The translations under genes and the position numbers were made by a program. A stretch of DNA of 64,000 nt from the NCBI GenBank assembly GCA_018829185.1, contig JAHJUI010000005.1:682-64681 (forward strand), read 5' to 3'. The notes beneath the pieces are model-generated. The model was not told where the DNA came from, ran no database searches, and saw only the letters and a program-made list of their open reading frames with translations. Positions 7,876-17,400 of this stretch are shown here, one piece after another (the stretch's first letter is position 1; every line of letters begins with the position of its first letter). Source of the stretch: Nanobdellota archaeon (GTDB lineage Archaea; Nanobdellota; Nanobdellia; SCGC-AAA011-G17; PNOQ01).

Positions 7876-9405
7876 TTATTCTACAGTAACTGGTTTTTCT
7901 AAAAACTCTTTTAAATCTTTTCTTACTTTTTTACCAAATTTTGTTAAATTACCCTTCCCATCTAAGATCTTATATTGATTTAACTGTCCTATTAACCAAT
8001 TAGATGTCTTTTTATTTTTTCCTAATAAAAATTTAGCACAACCAGTATTTCCTAATCTTTCCTGTAATATTTTTCTTCTTTTTGGATAGTACTTAAATAG
8101 TTTATCTTTTAAGATTGATATGTTTTTTATTATTTCTAAAGATCCTATCACCAAGTCTACTCTATCATATTTATCATTTTCCCATCTCCTTACAGAAGAT
8201 TTTATATTATTTTTATCACATACTTTCTTCAAAATTTCAATTTCGCTGCTGTTTGTACTTATGATTATATGACTGTGTGTTTTGGAATTAACACAGCCAT
8301 CCCCTTCCATAACCCCGCAAATAAAATTAAATGCTAACACTTTATCGTTTTCTTTATATATTGTATTCAATAAATGATTTAATAGTCTGTTATAATAAAT
8401 TTGGACAAGTTTTCTATCTTCTCTAATTCTTAATGAGCCATAGGGGTTCCTATTTGGAGCGTATTTTGTTTTTGTTTTAATAATTCTAATTTTTTTATTT
8501 TTTAATATCAATCCTGTTTTTTTAGACCATTTTTTAATTAGTTTATTTTTTAATAGTTCCAAATCTTTTTCTTGGTAATTTGTGTAAGTCAGAGATATAG
8601 CAATATTTGAGTCCAAGATTATTTTTTTATGTTTTTCTTTAAAATAATTGGCTTGCTCAAAAGTAGATGCAGACATTGCCCAATGGTTTCCTTTTTTTGT
8701 ACCATCTGAAAAATAACATCCAAGATAATGTGCAAATTCATTTAAATTTATTTTTTTATTTAGGGTGAATGGGTTATGATTACCATAAAACACTAAAATG
8801 TTGTTTTTATTTATTTCAACAAAGTTAAAATTAATTAATAACTTTTTAAAAAGTTTACTTGATTTTGTTAATTTATTTCCATCAAATTTCTTCCCAATTT
8901 TAAATATTCCTTTTTTTCCTGATAATCCTTTACCTAGCATACACATTAATTCTTTTGTCTTTTTTCTTTTTGTAGAATTTACAACACAAATCTTTTTAAA
9001 ATTATTTTTATTTATTGTTATATTAATTAAAATTATATCTTTATTTTTTAAATTATAAAAATTTGGAATATAAATTCTTCCGTCAGATCCAACTTTAGTA
9101 AAGAAACCATTGATTTTTTCCATTTGAACTTCTACTTTCTGTTTGTAAAGTTTATTTTTAATGTTTAAATCAGTAGGTATAAATATTCCATTTCCCCGGT
9201 AATTTCTTATTTTACTATAAAAAATAATTTTTGAATTTAATCTTATTTTATACTGATCTTTAATTGAAAATTTATTCCTTATTTGTAAAGGTATTCTAAT
9301 AAACCCTGCCCCTTTATTATTTCCCTTTGTTGCTATGGCTTCAAATTTTATTTTGTCCATATTAAATAACAGAATTTGTAGATATTTAAGCTTTTCTATA
9401 GTCAC
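7876..9405 (-). CDS. LAGLIDADG-type (double-motif) homing-endonuclease-like protein with N-terminal extension
   Basis: Two dodecapeptide-like motifs about 140 aa apart: LNEFAHYLGCYFSDGTKKG and LAFNFICGVMEGDGCVN. Extremely Lys/Asn-rich and AT-rich compared with the adjacent glmS. Confidence 0.4.
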   Translation of the reverse strand: MTIEKLKYLQILLFNMDKIKFEAIATKGNNKGAGFIRIPLQIRNKFSIKDQYKIRLNSKIIFYSKIRNYRGNGIFIPTDLNIKNKLYKQKVEVQMEKINGFFTKVGSDGRIYIPNFYNLKNKDIILINITINKNNFKKICVVNSTKRKKTKELMCMLGKGLSGKKGIFKIGKKFDGNKLTKSSKLFKKLLINFNFVEINKNNILVFYGNHNPFTLNKKINLNEFAHYLGCYFSDGTKKGNHWAMSASTFEQANYFKEKHKKIILDSNIAISLTYTNYQEKDLELLKNKLIKKWSKKTGLILKNKKIRIIKTKTKYAPNRNPYGSLRIREDRKLVQIYYNRLLNHLLNTIYKENDKVLAFNFICGVMEGDGCVNSKTHSHIIISTNSSEIEILKKVCDKNNIKSSVRRWENDKYDRVDLVIGSLEIIKNISILKDKLFKYYPKRRKILQERLGNTGCAKFLLGKNKKTSNWLIGQLNQYKILDGKGNLTKFGKKVRKDLKEFLEKPVTVE

Positions 9406-9427
9406 ACAAAATTAAGAATTGTGTGGT

Positions 9428-11224
9428 TTATTCGACTGTGCAGCTTTTCGCGAGGTTGCGAGGCTGATCAACGTCACATTCTTTTTTTACTGCAATATAA
9501 TAAGCAAGTAATTGCATTGGAATAGATGCTAATATTGGTGTTAAGATGTAAGAAGTTTCTGGGATATACATTGTAAAGTCACTTAGTTCTCTTATTTCTT
9601 TATCTCCTATGGTTGCAATAGAAATTATTATTCCCCCGCGAGCTTTAACTTCTTCTATATTGGAAATTACTTTTTTGTAAGTTCTGTTGTCTTTTGTTGC
9701 TATGAAAAATACAGGCATTTCATTGTCTATTAAAGCAATTGGTCCATGTTTCATTTCTGCTGCAGGATAACCTTCTGCGTGAATGTAACTTACTTCTTTT
9801 AGTTTTAATGCTCCTTCTAAAGCTATTGGAAAGTTTATTCCTCTCCCTAAATATAATGCATTTTTCTTTAAGTAATATTTATCAGCACATTCAAGTACTT
9901 CTTTTCCATTGTTTAAAATGGATCTTATCAAATTTGGGATTAGTTTTATGTCACGAATTCTGTTTTCTATTTGTTGTAAGGGAAGAATATTTCTAACCTT
10001 TCCAAAATAAATTGTTAAATAATATAACATTGTTAATTGAGATGTAAATGCTTTTGTTGAAGCAACTCCAATTTCTGGACCTGCATCTAAATGTATTGTG
10101 GAATCTGATTCACGCTCTATAGTTGAGCCATGAACATTAACTAGGGAAACTATTTTTGCTCCTTTTGATTTTGCTTCTCTTAAAGCTGCAAGTGTATCTG
10201 CTGTTTCTCCTGATTGGGATATTGGAATTACTAATGTGTTTTCATCTAATATTGGGTCCCTGTATCTAAACTCTGATGCATATTCTACTTCTGTTGGAAT
10301 CTTTAATAATTCTTCAAACATAAATTCAGCTATTAAAGCAGAATGCCAAGAAGTGCCACAAGCAACTAAAACTATTCTTTTTATGTTTTTTATTTCGTTT
10401 TCAGTAAGATTTAAGTTAGAGAATAAGATTTCATTGTTTAATACTCTTTTTTGATTTATTTTTTCTATTATGTCTGCTTGTTCATGAATTTCTTTTAACA
10501 TAAAATGAGGATAATTATTTTTTTCAGCTTCTTCTATTGACCAAGAGATTTCCATTGGTTTTCTTTTGATTTCTTTATTTGTGTAAATATTTGATATTTT
10601 TATTTTATCATTAATTACTGCTATTTCATCATCTTCTAAAAACAATACTTTATTTGTGTGTTTTAAGAATGCTGGAATGTCAGATGCTATGAAGTAATCA
10701 TTATCTTTTATTCCAATTACTAAAGGTGAACCTTTTCTTGCTGCAAGTATTTGATCAGAATCTTTGTTTATTGCTAAGATTGCAAAGGTTCCATCTAATT
10801 GTTTTATTGTTTCTTTGAAAGCTTGTTCAAAAGGTAAGTTTGATTCTCCAATTAAATGTGCTATTACTTCAGTATCTGTTTCTGATTTGAATTCATGGTT
10901 TTTTAGTTTGTTTTTTAGTTCTTGGTAGTTTTCTATTATTCCATTGTGGACTATTGCTATGTTGTTGTAAACGTGCGGGTGGGCGTTTTCTTTTGTTACT
11001 GAACCATGTGTGCTCCAACGAGTATGTGCTATTGCTATGTTTGATTTTGGTAATTCTTTGTTAAATTTGTGTATTTTTCCAACTTCTTTTATTATTTCAA
11101 AAGAATTATTTTGCTTTATTGCAAAACCATAAGAGTCGTATCCCCGGTATTCTAATTTCTTTAATCCTTCTATAACTATCTCAGATGCATTTTTACTCCC
11201 TTTATAACCAATTATGCCGCACAT
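9428..11224 (-). CDS. glmS: glutamine--fructose-6-phosphate aminotransferase (isomerizing)
   Basis: N-terminal MCGIIGY (Ntn Cys), two SIS domains, C-terminal ...LAKSCTVE. 598 aa. Confidence 0.92.
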   Translation of the reverse strand: MCGIIGYKGSKNASEIVIEGLKKLEYRGYDSYGFAIKQNNSFEIIKEVGKIHKFNKELPKSNIAIAHTRWSTHGSVTKENAHPHVYNNIAIVHNGIIENYQELKNKLKNHEFKSETDTEVIAHLIGESNLPFEQAFKETIKQLDGTFAILAINKDSDQILAARKGSPLVIGIKDNDYFIASDIPAFLKHTNKVLFLEDDEIAVINDKIKISNIYTNKEIKRKPMEISWSIEEAEKNNYPHFMLKEIHEQADIIEKINQKRVLNNEILFSNLNLTENEIKNIKRIVLVACGTSWHSALIAEFMFEELLKIPTEVEYASEFRYRDPILDENTLVIPISQSGETADTLAALREAKSKGAKIVSLVNVHGSTIERESDSTIHLDAGPEIGVASTKAFTSQLTMLYYLTIYFGKVRNILPLQQIENRIRDIKLIPNLIRSILNNGKEVLECADKYYLKKNALYLGRGINFPIALEGALKLKEVSYIHAEGYPAAEMKHGPIALIDNEMPVFFIATKDNRTYKKVISNIEEVKARGGIIISIATIGDKEIRELSDFTMYIPETSYILTPILASIPMQLLAYYIAVKKECDVDQPRNLAKSCTVE

Positions 11225-11247
11225 GATAAAAATGATATGTTAAAAAG

Positions 11248-11256
11248 TTTTATAAA
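11248..11256. promoter_or_regulatory. palindromic box A (TTTTATAAA) positioned to serve both glmS (minus) and the 11281 RNA (plus)
   Basis: About 24 nt from the glmS ATG on one side and about 25 nt from the first base of the GC-rich RNA element on the other. Confidence 0.4.
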
Positions 11257-11280
11257 GGATGTGGAATTTAAATTCATTAT

Positions 11281-11436
11281 GCCGAGATCGCGTAATCTGG
11301 TATCGCACCAGACTCATTTATGAGGGTGAACCTGGAATCAGATACGGTCAGCTGGGCCTGCAAGGGCGTCTGGGTTCAAACATGTGCGCTGGTTGCTTAT
11401 AGTTTCCAACGTGCGTTGAAAGTCCCAGTCTCGGCG
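11281..11436 (+). tRNA. putative intron-containing pre-tRNA (anticodon CAU; Met or Ile2 type) with two or more introns, one apparently in the T-arm; alternatively a novel structured ncRNA
   Basis: 156-nt GC-rich island in an AT-rich spacer. 5' part reads GCCGAGA-UC-GCG-UAAUCUGGUAU-CGC-A-CCAGA-CU-CAU (acceptor, D-arm with GG, anticodon stem, U33, CAU). 3' part reads CTGGG-TTCAAAC ... CCCAG-TCTCGGC-G (T-stem, T-loop, complementary T-stem, acceptor complement to GCCGAGA, discriminator). The two parts are separated by about 80 extra nt. A T-run follows (TTTTATTT) and box A lies at -25. The exact exon/intron map could not be resolved by eye. Confidence 0.4.
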
Positions 11437-11485
11437 TTTTATTTCCAAAACATTTATATTTAGGTGTTTACTACTAATTGTTAAT

Positions 11486-11908
11486 ATGTTTGAAATTCAA
11501 AACGCTAGATCTAATAGATTAGATGGAATTAACTTTGTTGAGGATGGAGGACGGGTTATTCTTTTACATGAAGATATAGCTCAAGAAGTTGTTTTAGAAC
11601 CTACTAATCAAGAGGATAAAAACAATCTTGGTAGATTGTTAGAAGCTTTAGAAACCGCCCAAGGAATTTTGTCTAATGGAGATTTAGGAAACGAGAGGGG
11701 TGTTTCCTATACAGAATTAATGTCTAAGGAAGGAAGTCTTTATCAATTTCATATGTGCCTCTTTAGTCCAGGAGTTCATTTAATTTCTCAGTTAAACTCA
11801 AGTGGATTAGAAACATATACTAGTTCTGTAGATTTAAACATTTATGGAAGGGGTGGAGCTAGGTTAATTACTGAGGCTCTTTTAACAAAATCGGGAGGTG
11901 AAACATAA
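11486..11908 (+). CDS. hypothetical protein (GC-elevated)
   Basis: 140-aa ORF. No recognised family. Confidence 0.45.
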   Translation: MFEIQNARSNRLDGINFVEDGGRVILLHEDIAQEVVLEPTNQEDKNNLGRLLEALETAQGILSNGDLGNERGVSYTELMSKEGSLYQFHMCLFSPGVHLISQLNSSGLETYTSSVDLNIYGRGGARLITEALLTKSGGET

Positions 11909-12126
11909 TGGCTGTTGAAGAATTAGGCTTGGTTGCAGCAAAGTTTCTTCCTTTATTTATTATATTAATTATTTGGAGTACAATATGGAAAGGCATTGCT
12001 TTGTGGAAAGCAGGTAAAAATCATAATTTAGTATGGTTTGTATTTATCTTTGTTTTAAATACAGCAGGAATATTACCTTTAATTTATGTGTTGTTTTTTT
12101 CAAAGAAAAAAGGTAAGAAAAAATAA
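11908..12126 (+). CDS. small membrane protein (PLDc_N-like two-TM peptide)
   Basis: WKGIALWKAGKN...VWFVFIFVLNTAGILPLIYVLFF resembles the small PLD-nuclease N-terminal-domain membrane peptides. Start overlaps the previous stop. Confidence 0.45.
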   Translation: MAVEELGLVAAKFLPLFIILIIWSTIWKGIALWKAGKNHNLVWFVFIFVLNTAGILPLIYVLFFSKKKGKKK

Positions 12127-12132
12127 ACTTTT

Positions 12133-12324
12133 TTATTTCTTTTTTGTTACTTTTTGAGCAGCTTTAGCTTCTGCTTCTAAATCTATTCCTAAATCTTTTA
12201 ATGCTTTAACATGAGCTTTCATTATTTGTTCGACAGCCATAACCATCTTAATTAGTTCTTCTCTTTCTTTAGCAAGAGTTGTTAATGCTCCTTTATGAAA
12301 TCCTACAATTTCTTCGTTTGCCAT
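12133..12324 (-). CDS. small helical hypothetical protein (63 aa), downstream partner of the RHH ORF
   Basis: GGAGG RBS lies inside the upstream RHH ORF. Coiled-coil-like sequence. Confidence 0.4.
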   Translation of the reverse strand: MANEEIVGFHKGALTTLAKEREELIKMVMAVEQIMKAHVKALKDLGIDLEAEAKAAQKVTKKK

Positions 12325-12325
12325 T

Positions 12326-12460
12326 TTAAACCTCCTTGAATTTACTTATATGTTTAATTATTGCTTGATTTACAAAGTCTTCTTCATCTGCAAATAGTTT
12401 TGTCTTTTCAACTATCTCTTTTATAGATTATACAATTTGATCTGGTATGTTTATTGTTGC
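12326..12460 (-). pseudogene. ribbon-helix-helix (CopG-like) small ORF interrupted by an in-frame TAA
   Basis: Minus-strand translation MATINIPDQIV*SIKEIVEKTKLFADEEDFVNQAIIKHISKFKEV. The beta-strand (INIPDQIV) plus helices match the RHH fold. The stop sits where a Glu/Lys codon is expected (single-base GAA/AAA to TAA change). Confidence 0.4.
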
Positions 12461-12486
12461 CATGATTTTTTGAAGAAATTAATTGT

Positions 12487-12729
12487 TTATAAAAGCTTTG
12501 AATGACCAAAGTGAATAAGCAAATCTATGTTTTTTACATTTGGAATGTCGCAAGCACCATAGTTTGAGCCAAACCAAATAAGAATTTTTGCTTTTGTGTT
12601 TTTTTCTAAGTATTTTGCAATAAAAGTAGCTTTTGGTTTTAAACCTGCAGGTAATTGTATTAAAACGGTTTTAGGTTTTTCTTTGTTTATTTTTTCTGCT
12701 ACTTCTTTTAGCTCTAGTTCGAATTCCAT
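12487..12729 (-). pseudogene. dph2: N-terminal fragment of diphthamide synthase Dph2 (2-(3-amino-3-carboxypropyl)histidine synthase)
   Basis: KTVLIQLPAGLK ... NYGACD ... LLIHFGHS match conserved Dph2 N-terminal blocks. The ORF stops after 80 aa (full length is about 330 aa). Downstream space is occupied by the RHH cassette. Confidence 0.5.
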
Positions 12730-12763
12730 GGGATTGTAGAAAAACAGTATTTTTTAAAACTAT

Positions 12764-14419
12764 CTATATTTGTAGAGGTTGAGGTATTGCTGAAAAAAGT
12801 TTCTTTAATGGATTCCTTAATATCCTAAATGTTCTTGTTTCACTTTCAGCTGTATTTGGTACATAGGTTCCATTGTGTGCATAATAATCTGCATCTTCAT
12901 TAAAAGCATAATCACTGCATTTTATTGACCAAGAGTGTAATCCCGGGGCTAATCCATTTACATAAAATTCTAAAATAATGTCTTTTGCTGGGTTTACCAC
13001 GCCTTGTGTTGTGTCTCCATCCAAGGTTAAATTACACTCTCCTATGTCTGAAGCATCTGAAACCATGAATTGAAATTCTTTTGATGTTGCTCTAAATACC
13101 CCACTTTGTCTTGGTTCTATTAATGTTATTTCTGGAGGTAATCTATCAATCGTAAATTCTGCTAGGATTGTTTCGTTAATGTTTATAAAATAAAACTTTG
13201 TGATTTCATCAGATATTACATCTACACGAGTTCTTCCGTAACCTGTAAAAGCGTAGTCATATGGCCAACTGAAGGAGAGAGGATAGCCTGCATTTCCTGC
13301 TTCTATGTAATGCACTTTGTCCACTACAATATCTGTGAATAAATGATCGTGTCCGTGAAAAAAGGCTTGAACTCCATAATCTTGCATCATTTGGTGAACT
13401 ATTGCTTGCTCTCCAGAGTATGCTGCCATTCCTCCTCCCCGACCATAACCTTGCCAAATCCAAGTTGGCCAATAACCACCAACGGTGTGATGAATCATTA
13501 TAAATTTCCAAGGTTCTGTTGCATTTTGTAATGTACTATTTAACCAATTTAATTGAGTTTCTCCAAGTGTCCAAGTTTCATCAGTATGATTTGAAAATGG
13601 ATCTGTTTCAGTGTAGCTCATTACATTTAATACTATGAATAAAGCATTCCCCCATGTGAAAGCATAATAATCCTCATTAGCACTTCCACTTTCTGAATAA
13701 GTTGTATCTAATGGATTTGAGAAATACTTTTTCCTTAAATTTATTGCTACTTCTACATCTTCTTGAGCTTCCCAGCCTGGCTCTCCTTCCCAGTTTCCTA
13801 CTGTAAAGAATGCTGGTATATTCAATGAGGTTAAAGCATTTCTAAATATTTCATATTCTTGTATTGCTTCAGATTCATTTGTGATTATGCTTGATCCGTT
13901 TGTTGCTATTTGAATATTATCTCCCAAGAAAAAAGATAAATCTGAATTATCGTTTAGGGACATTCCTTCTATAATTGTACTTAATCTAATTGCATTATCT
14001 GGGAATCCTAGATCTATATGGGAATCTGTGAATAATGTAAAACTAAATGGCCCGTTTCTTTTTGTTCTAAATGTTTTTTCTATTGAAGAAGAATATTCTG
14101 TTTCACTTTGTAATTTTGCTTTTAAAATATAATAATATTGTGTATTTTCATTTAAATTTTCTATATCAAACTCTAAAAGTTCATTGGGGTTTATATTTTG
14201 TACTTCTGTTGAATTTGTATAATTTCCAGGAAGAATTCCATATTCAATGTATGCTGAAATTGGATCTGGCCCATTGATTAAATTTATTGTGATTGAATTT
14301 TCTGTTGGCCTTCCAAGTAAATCTAAGGAAGTGAAATCTGGAAAAGCATTAGCTAAATTTATAGAGAATACTAAGAATAATACTATAATCACACTCTTTT
14401 TCATGAAATTGAGCACCAT
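12764..14419 (-). CDS. secreted calcineurin-like metallophosphoesterase (purple-acid-phosphatase-like) with N-terminal FN3-like region
   Basis: Signal peptide. Motifs FTDSHID, FLGDNIQ, GNWEGEPGW, IHHTVGGYW, GHDHLFTD give the metallophosphatase signature. Confidence 0.6.
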   Translation of the reverse strand: MVLNFMKKSVIIVLFLVFSINLANAFPDFTSLDLLGRPTENSITINLINGPDPISAYIEYGILPGNYTNSTEVQNINPNELLEFDIENLNENTQYYYILKAKLQSETEYSSSIEKTFRTKRNGPFSFTLFTDSHIDLGFPDNAIRLSTIIEGMSLNDNSDLSFFLGDNIQIATNGSSIITNESEAIQEYEIFRNALTSLNIPAFFTVGNWEGEPGWEAQEDVEVAINLRKKYFSNPLDTTYSESGSANEDYYAFTWGNALFIVLNVMSYTETDPFSNHTDETWTLGETQLNWLNSTLQNATEPWKFIMIHHTVGGYWPTWIWQGYGRGGGMAAYSGEQAIVHQMMQDYGVQAFFHGHDHLFTDIVVDKVHYIEAGNAGYPLSFSWPYDYAFTGYGRTRVDVISDEITKFYFININETILAEFTIDRLPPEITLIEPRQSGVFRATSKEFQFMVSDASDIGECNLTLDGDTTQGVVNPAKDIILEFYVNGLAPGLHSWSIKCSDYAFNEDADYYAHNGTYVPNTAESETRTFRILRNPLKKLFSAIPQPLQI

Positions 14420-14451
14420 AATTTGTTTATATATTTTTCTTTGTTATAAAA

Positions 14452-17400
14452 CTACTTTTTCTTTTTGTGGTAATGTCCGTGTCCAATTGATTTTATTGCA
14501 AAAAAAGTACCTAAGGCTATTATCCCTATTAATATTACTAATCCTATTAGACCAAATGTTTTTAGATTTTTATTTAATTGAATCCCTTCTCTTAATTCTG
14601 GACTTAATCTTGGTTCTATTTTTTCTAATTTTGCAGTTATTATTCCTTCTGTTTCTGAAAATGTTATTAAAACATCAGAATATCCATCTTCATTTATATC
14701 TACTTTTCTTTCTTCTGTGTTTTCTATTATTATTTCTAATGTTATTTCATCCCAAATAAATTTGATTGTGTCTCCTAACTCTAATTCTATTTCTCTTATT
14801 TCTAAGTAATCGTAATCTACTAAAAATGAATTTGGTCCTTCTTCAGATTCTGGGGGGGGTGTCTCTCCTCCTTGTACTCCTGATCCGCTTGTTGAAGTTC
14901 CTGCTGTTGCAGTAGGAGTTTCTCCTGCAGTGTAAATACTGAAAGAGGTTACATTAAATATAAAATTGTTATTTGTATATGAAACTTCTGTGCAGTCTGA
15001 ACAAACTGCTCCATCTTTCAAAACTCTTGGGTTTGTGAATGTTAAGTTATAAAGAGTTAATGTTGCTGTTGTGTTTAGTTCAGGTAATGCTGTAGAATTA
15101 ACTTCTATTCTGTTTTGACTTATGTTCACATTATTATCTAAATTTGTCCCATTTGATAAATCTACATTTGTTGTGAAATTTATCATTCCTAAACTTGGGA
15201 CTTCCATTATTAGATTTGATATGTTTGATACATTTACTTGAGATAGATCTGTTGTGTTTCCCGAGAATTCTGAATTAGTTATAACTGAAAATGTTCTTAA
15301 TCCTGTTGTATTCATGTTTGGTGTGTAGTTTCCTCCATGGAATGTGTAGTTTACTACGTAATTTGTATTAAAGTTGTAGTCAGTGCAATTTATGAACCAA
15401 GCGTAGTTCCCTGCTGCCAAATTATTTATTGTGAAGTTTGTATTTAGGTCTTTTACCATGCTCGTATTTGATTGATTTATTGCATTATTAAAAAAGAATG
15501 TGCAGTTTTCTATTGTAGATGCGTCTGTTACGTTGAAAATGAAAGTTATATTTCCATCTGTGTCTCCTGAGTCATTTGATGGGGAAACTATATTTATTCT
15601 TGGTGGCATTCTATCTATTGTTACGTTTGCACTGGATAACTCTTCTTCTGTTATGTAGTATACTTTTGTTATCTCATCTGAGAGGACTTCTACCTTTGCA
15701 CGTCCTTTACTATCATTGTAATAACTTCCGTATCCTGCTGTAAATGCTAAGCCATATCCTGCGTTTCCCACTACTATATAATGTGTTTTGTTCTCTATCA
15801 TATCTGTAAATAAGTGATCATGTCCAAGGAACATTATCCTTACATCATTGTCTACCATCATTTGTTGTATTGTTGCTTGTTCTCCAGAATATGCTGCTCT
15901 TCCTCCTCCACGACCGTATTTTGTCCATGCTGCAGCTGCTGCTCCTGTCCAATTTCCTCCGGCTGTGTGATGAATTATTACAAATTTCCATGGTTCTGTT
16001 GCATTTTTTAATGTATTATTAAACCAGGTTAATTGAGTAGAACCTAATGTCCAGTTTTCCATGCTATTATCTGATGGATTTACAGGAGTGTAGCTCATTA
16101 CATTTAAAACAATAAATAAAGCATTCCCCCATGTGAAAGCATAGTAATCTTCATAATCTCCTCCGCCCTGAACGTAAGTTGTATTAGTTGGATTGGGTAC
16201 GAATTTTTGCCTTATACTTCTTGCTAATGATAAGTTTGTAGAATCTATCCAACCCGGTTCTCCTTCCCAATTACCAATTGCCATTAAAAAAGGAATTGAA
16301 TTATAATCTGGATGTAATGATTCTCTTAAAAGTACATATTCTGAAGTTGCCCATGTTTCATTATTAATAGCCCCATCTCCCACTCCTGGTTGTATATTGT
16401 CCCCTAAGGACATAACAAAATCTGAATTATCATTTAAAGACATATTTGCTAAAATCTTTTTTAAATCTGCTGAAGTTTCTGGCCAAGTGGGATCTACATG
16501 CATATCTGATATTAATGTAAAATTAAATGGATATGATGCTCTTCTTGTTCTAAAAGATCTTTCATCTGTTGTTGCATATGTTGATTCATCTAATCTTTTA
16601 GACCTTACACGATAATAATAAACTGTGTTTGTTGTTAATCCAGTTATATCAAATTCTATTAATGTGTCATTTGTTACATTTTGAACTGTTGTTGTATCTG
16701 AATAACTTCCTGCAGCTCCAGAAGTTGATCCATATTCTACGTACGTTGAGGAGTTTTCATGGCCGTTAATTAAATTTATAGTTATTGAGGTATTTGAAAC
16801 TTTTCCCATTAAATCCATGGAAGTCATATTTGGGAAAACAGATTTATAATCAAGAGTTACATTATATAATTCTGGGGTATAAGATATATTGTCTGTTTCG
16901 AAATCAAATTTATATTGGAAATATCTATTACTTGCAATTGATAATTGTTGAGGTGTTGCATCATCTACTGAAGTAAAGCTTTCTCCGCTGCAAACGCTGT
17001 CATCGCAGGATTGTACAGAAAGATTTAATTTTAATGCTCCTCTTTTGTAATGGTTTAGGATTTCTGCTGCTGTTAAAGATCTATTGTATATTGCTACTTC
17101 ATCCATTGTAGCATTTGGTGCAAATTGATTTGTTATTGTTCCTATTGTTATGTTGTTTGTGCTAGCTGCTAGGTTTCCTGTATGGGTTGTGCTGTTTTCA
17201 AAGACTCCATCAACATATAATAGCATATCTGAGCTATTGTAAACTGCAGCAATATGGTGCCAATTTGTATCATTAAAAGTTGATGCTGTATCAATTGTTT
17301 TCCCTGTACCTGTTTTTATCCCAAATCTTATATGTTGGTTATTGGCTATGCCAATTACGTGCCAAATAATACCAAGAACAAATGAAGTAGTTCCTTCCCT

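Noticed and set aside
7876-9405. Intein inserted in a host gene
   Set aside because: There are no extein sequences in frame on either side and no Hint-domain splicing blocks (C/S...HN). The ORF is free-standing.
11281-11436. SRP RNA or RNase P RNA for the GC-rich element
   Set aside because: At about 156 nt it is too short for archaeal SRP (~300 nt) or RNase P RNA. The tRNA-like terminal architecture is more specific. Kept as an alternative to test with covariance models.
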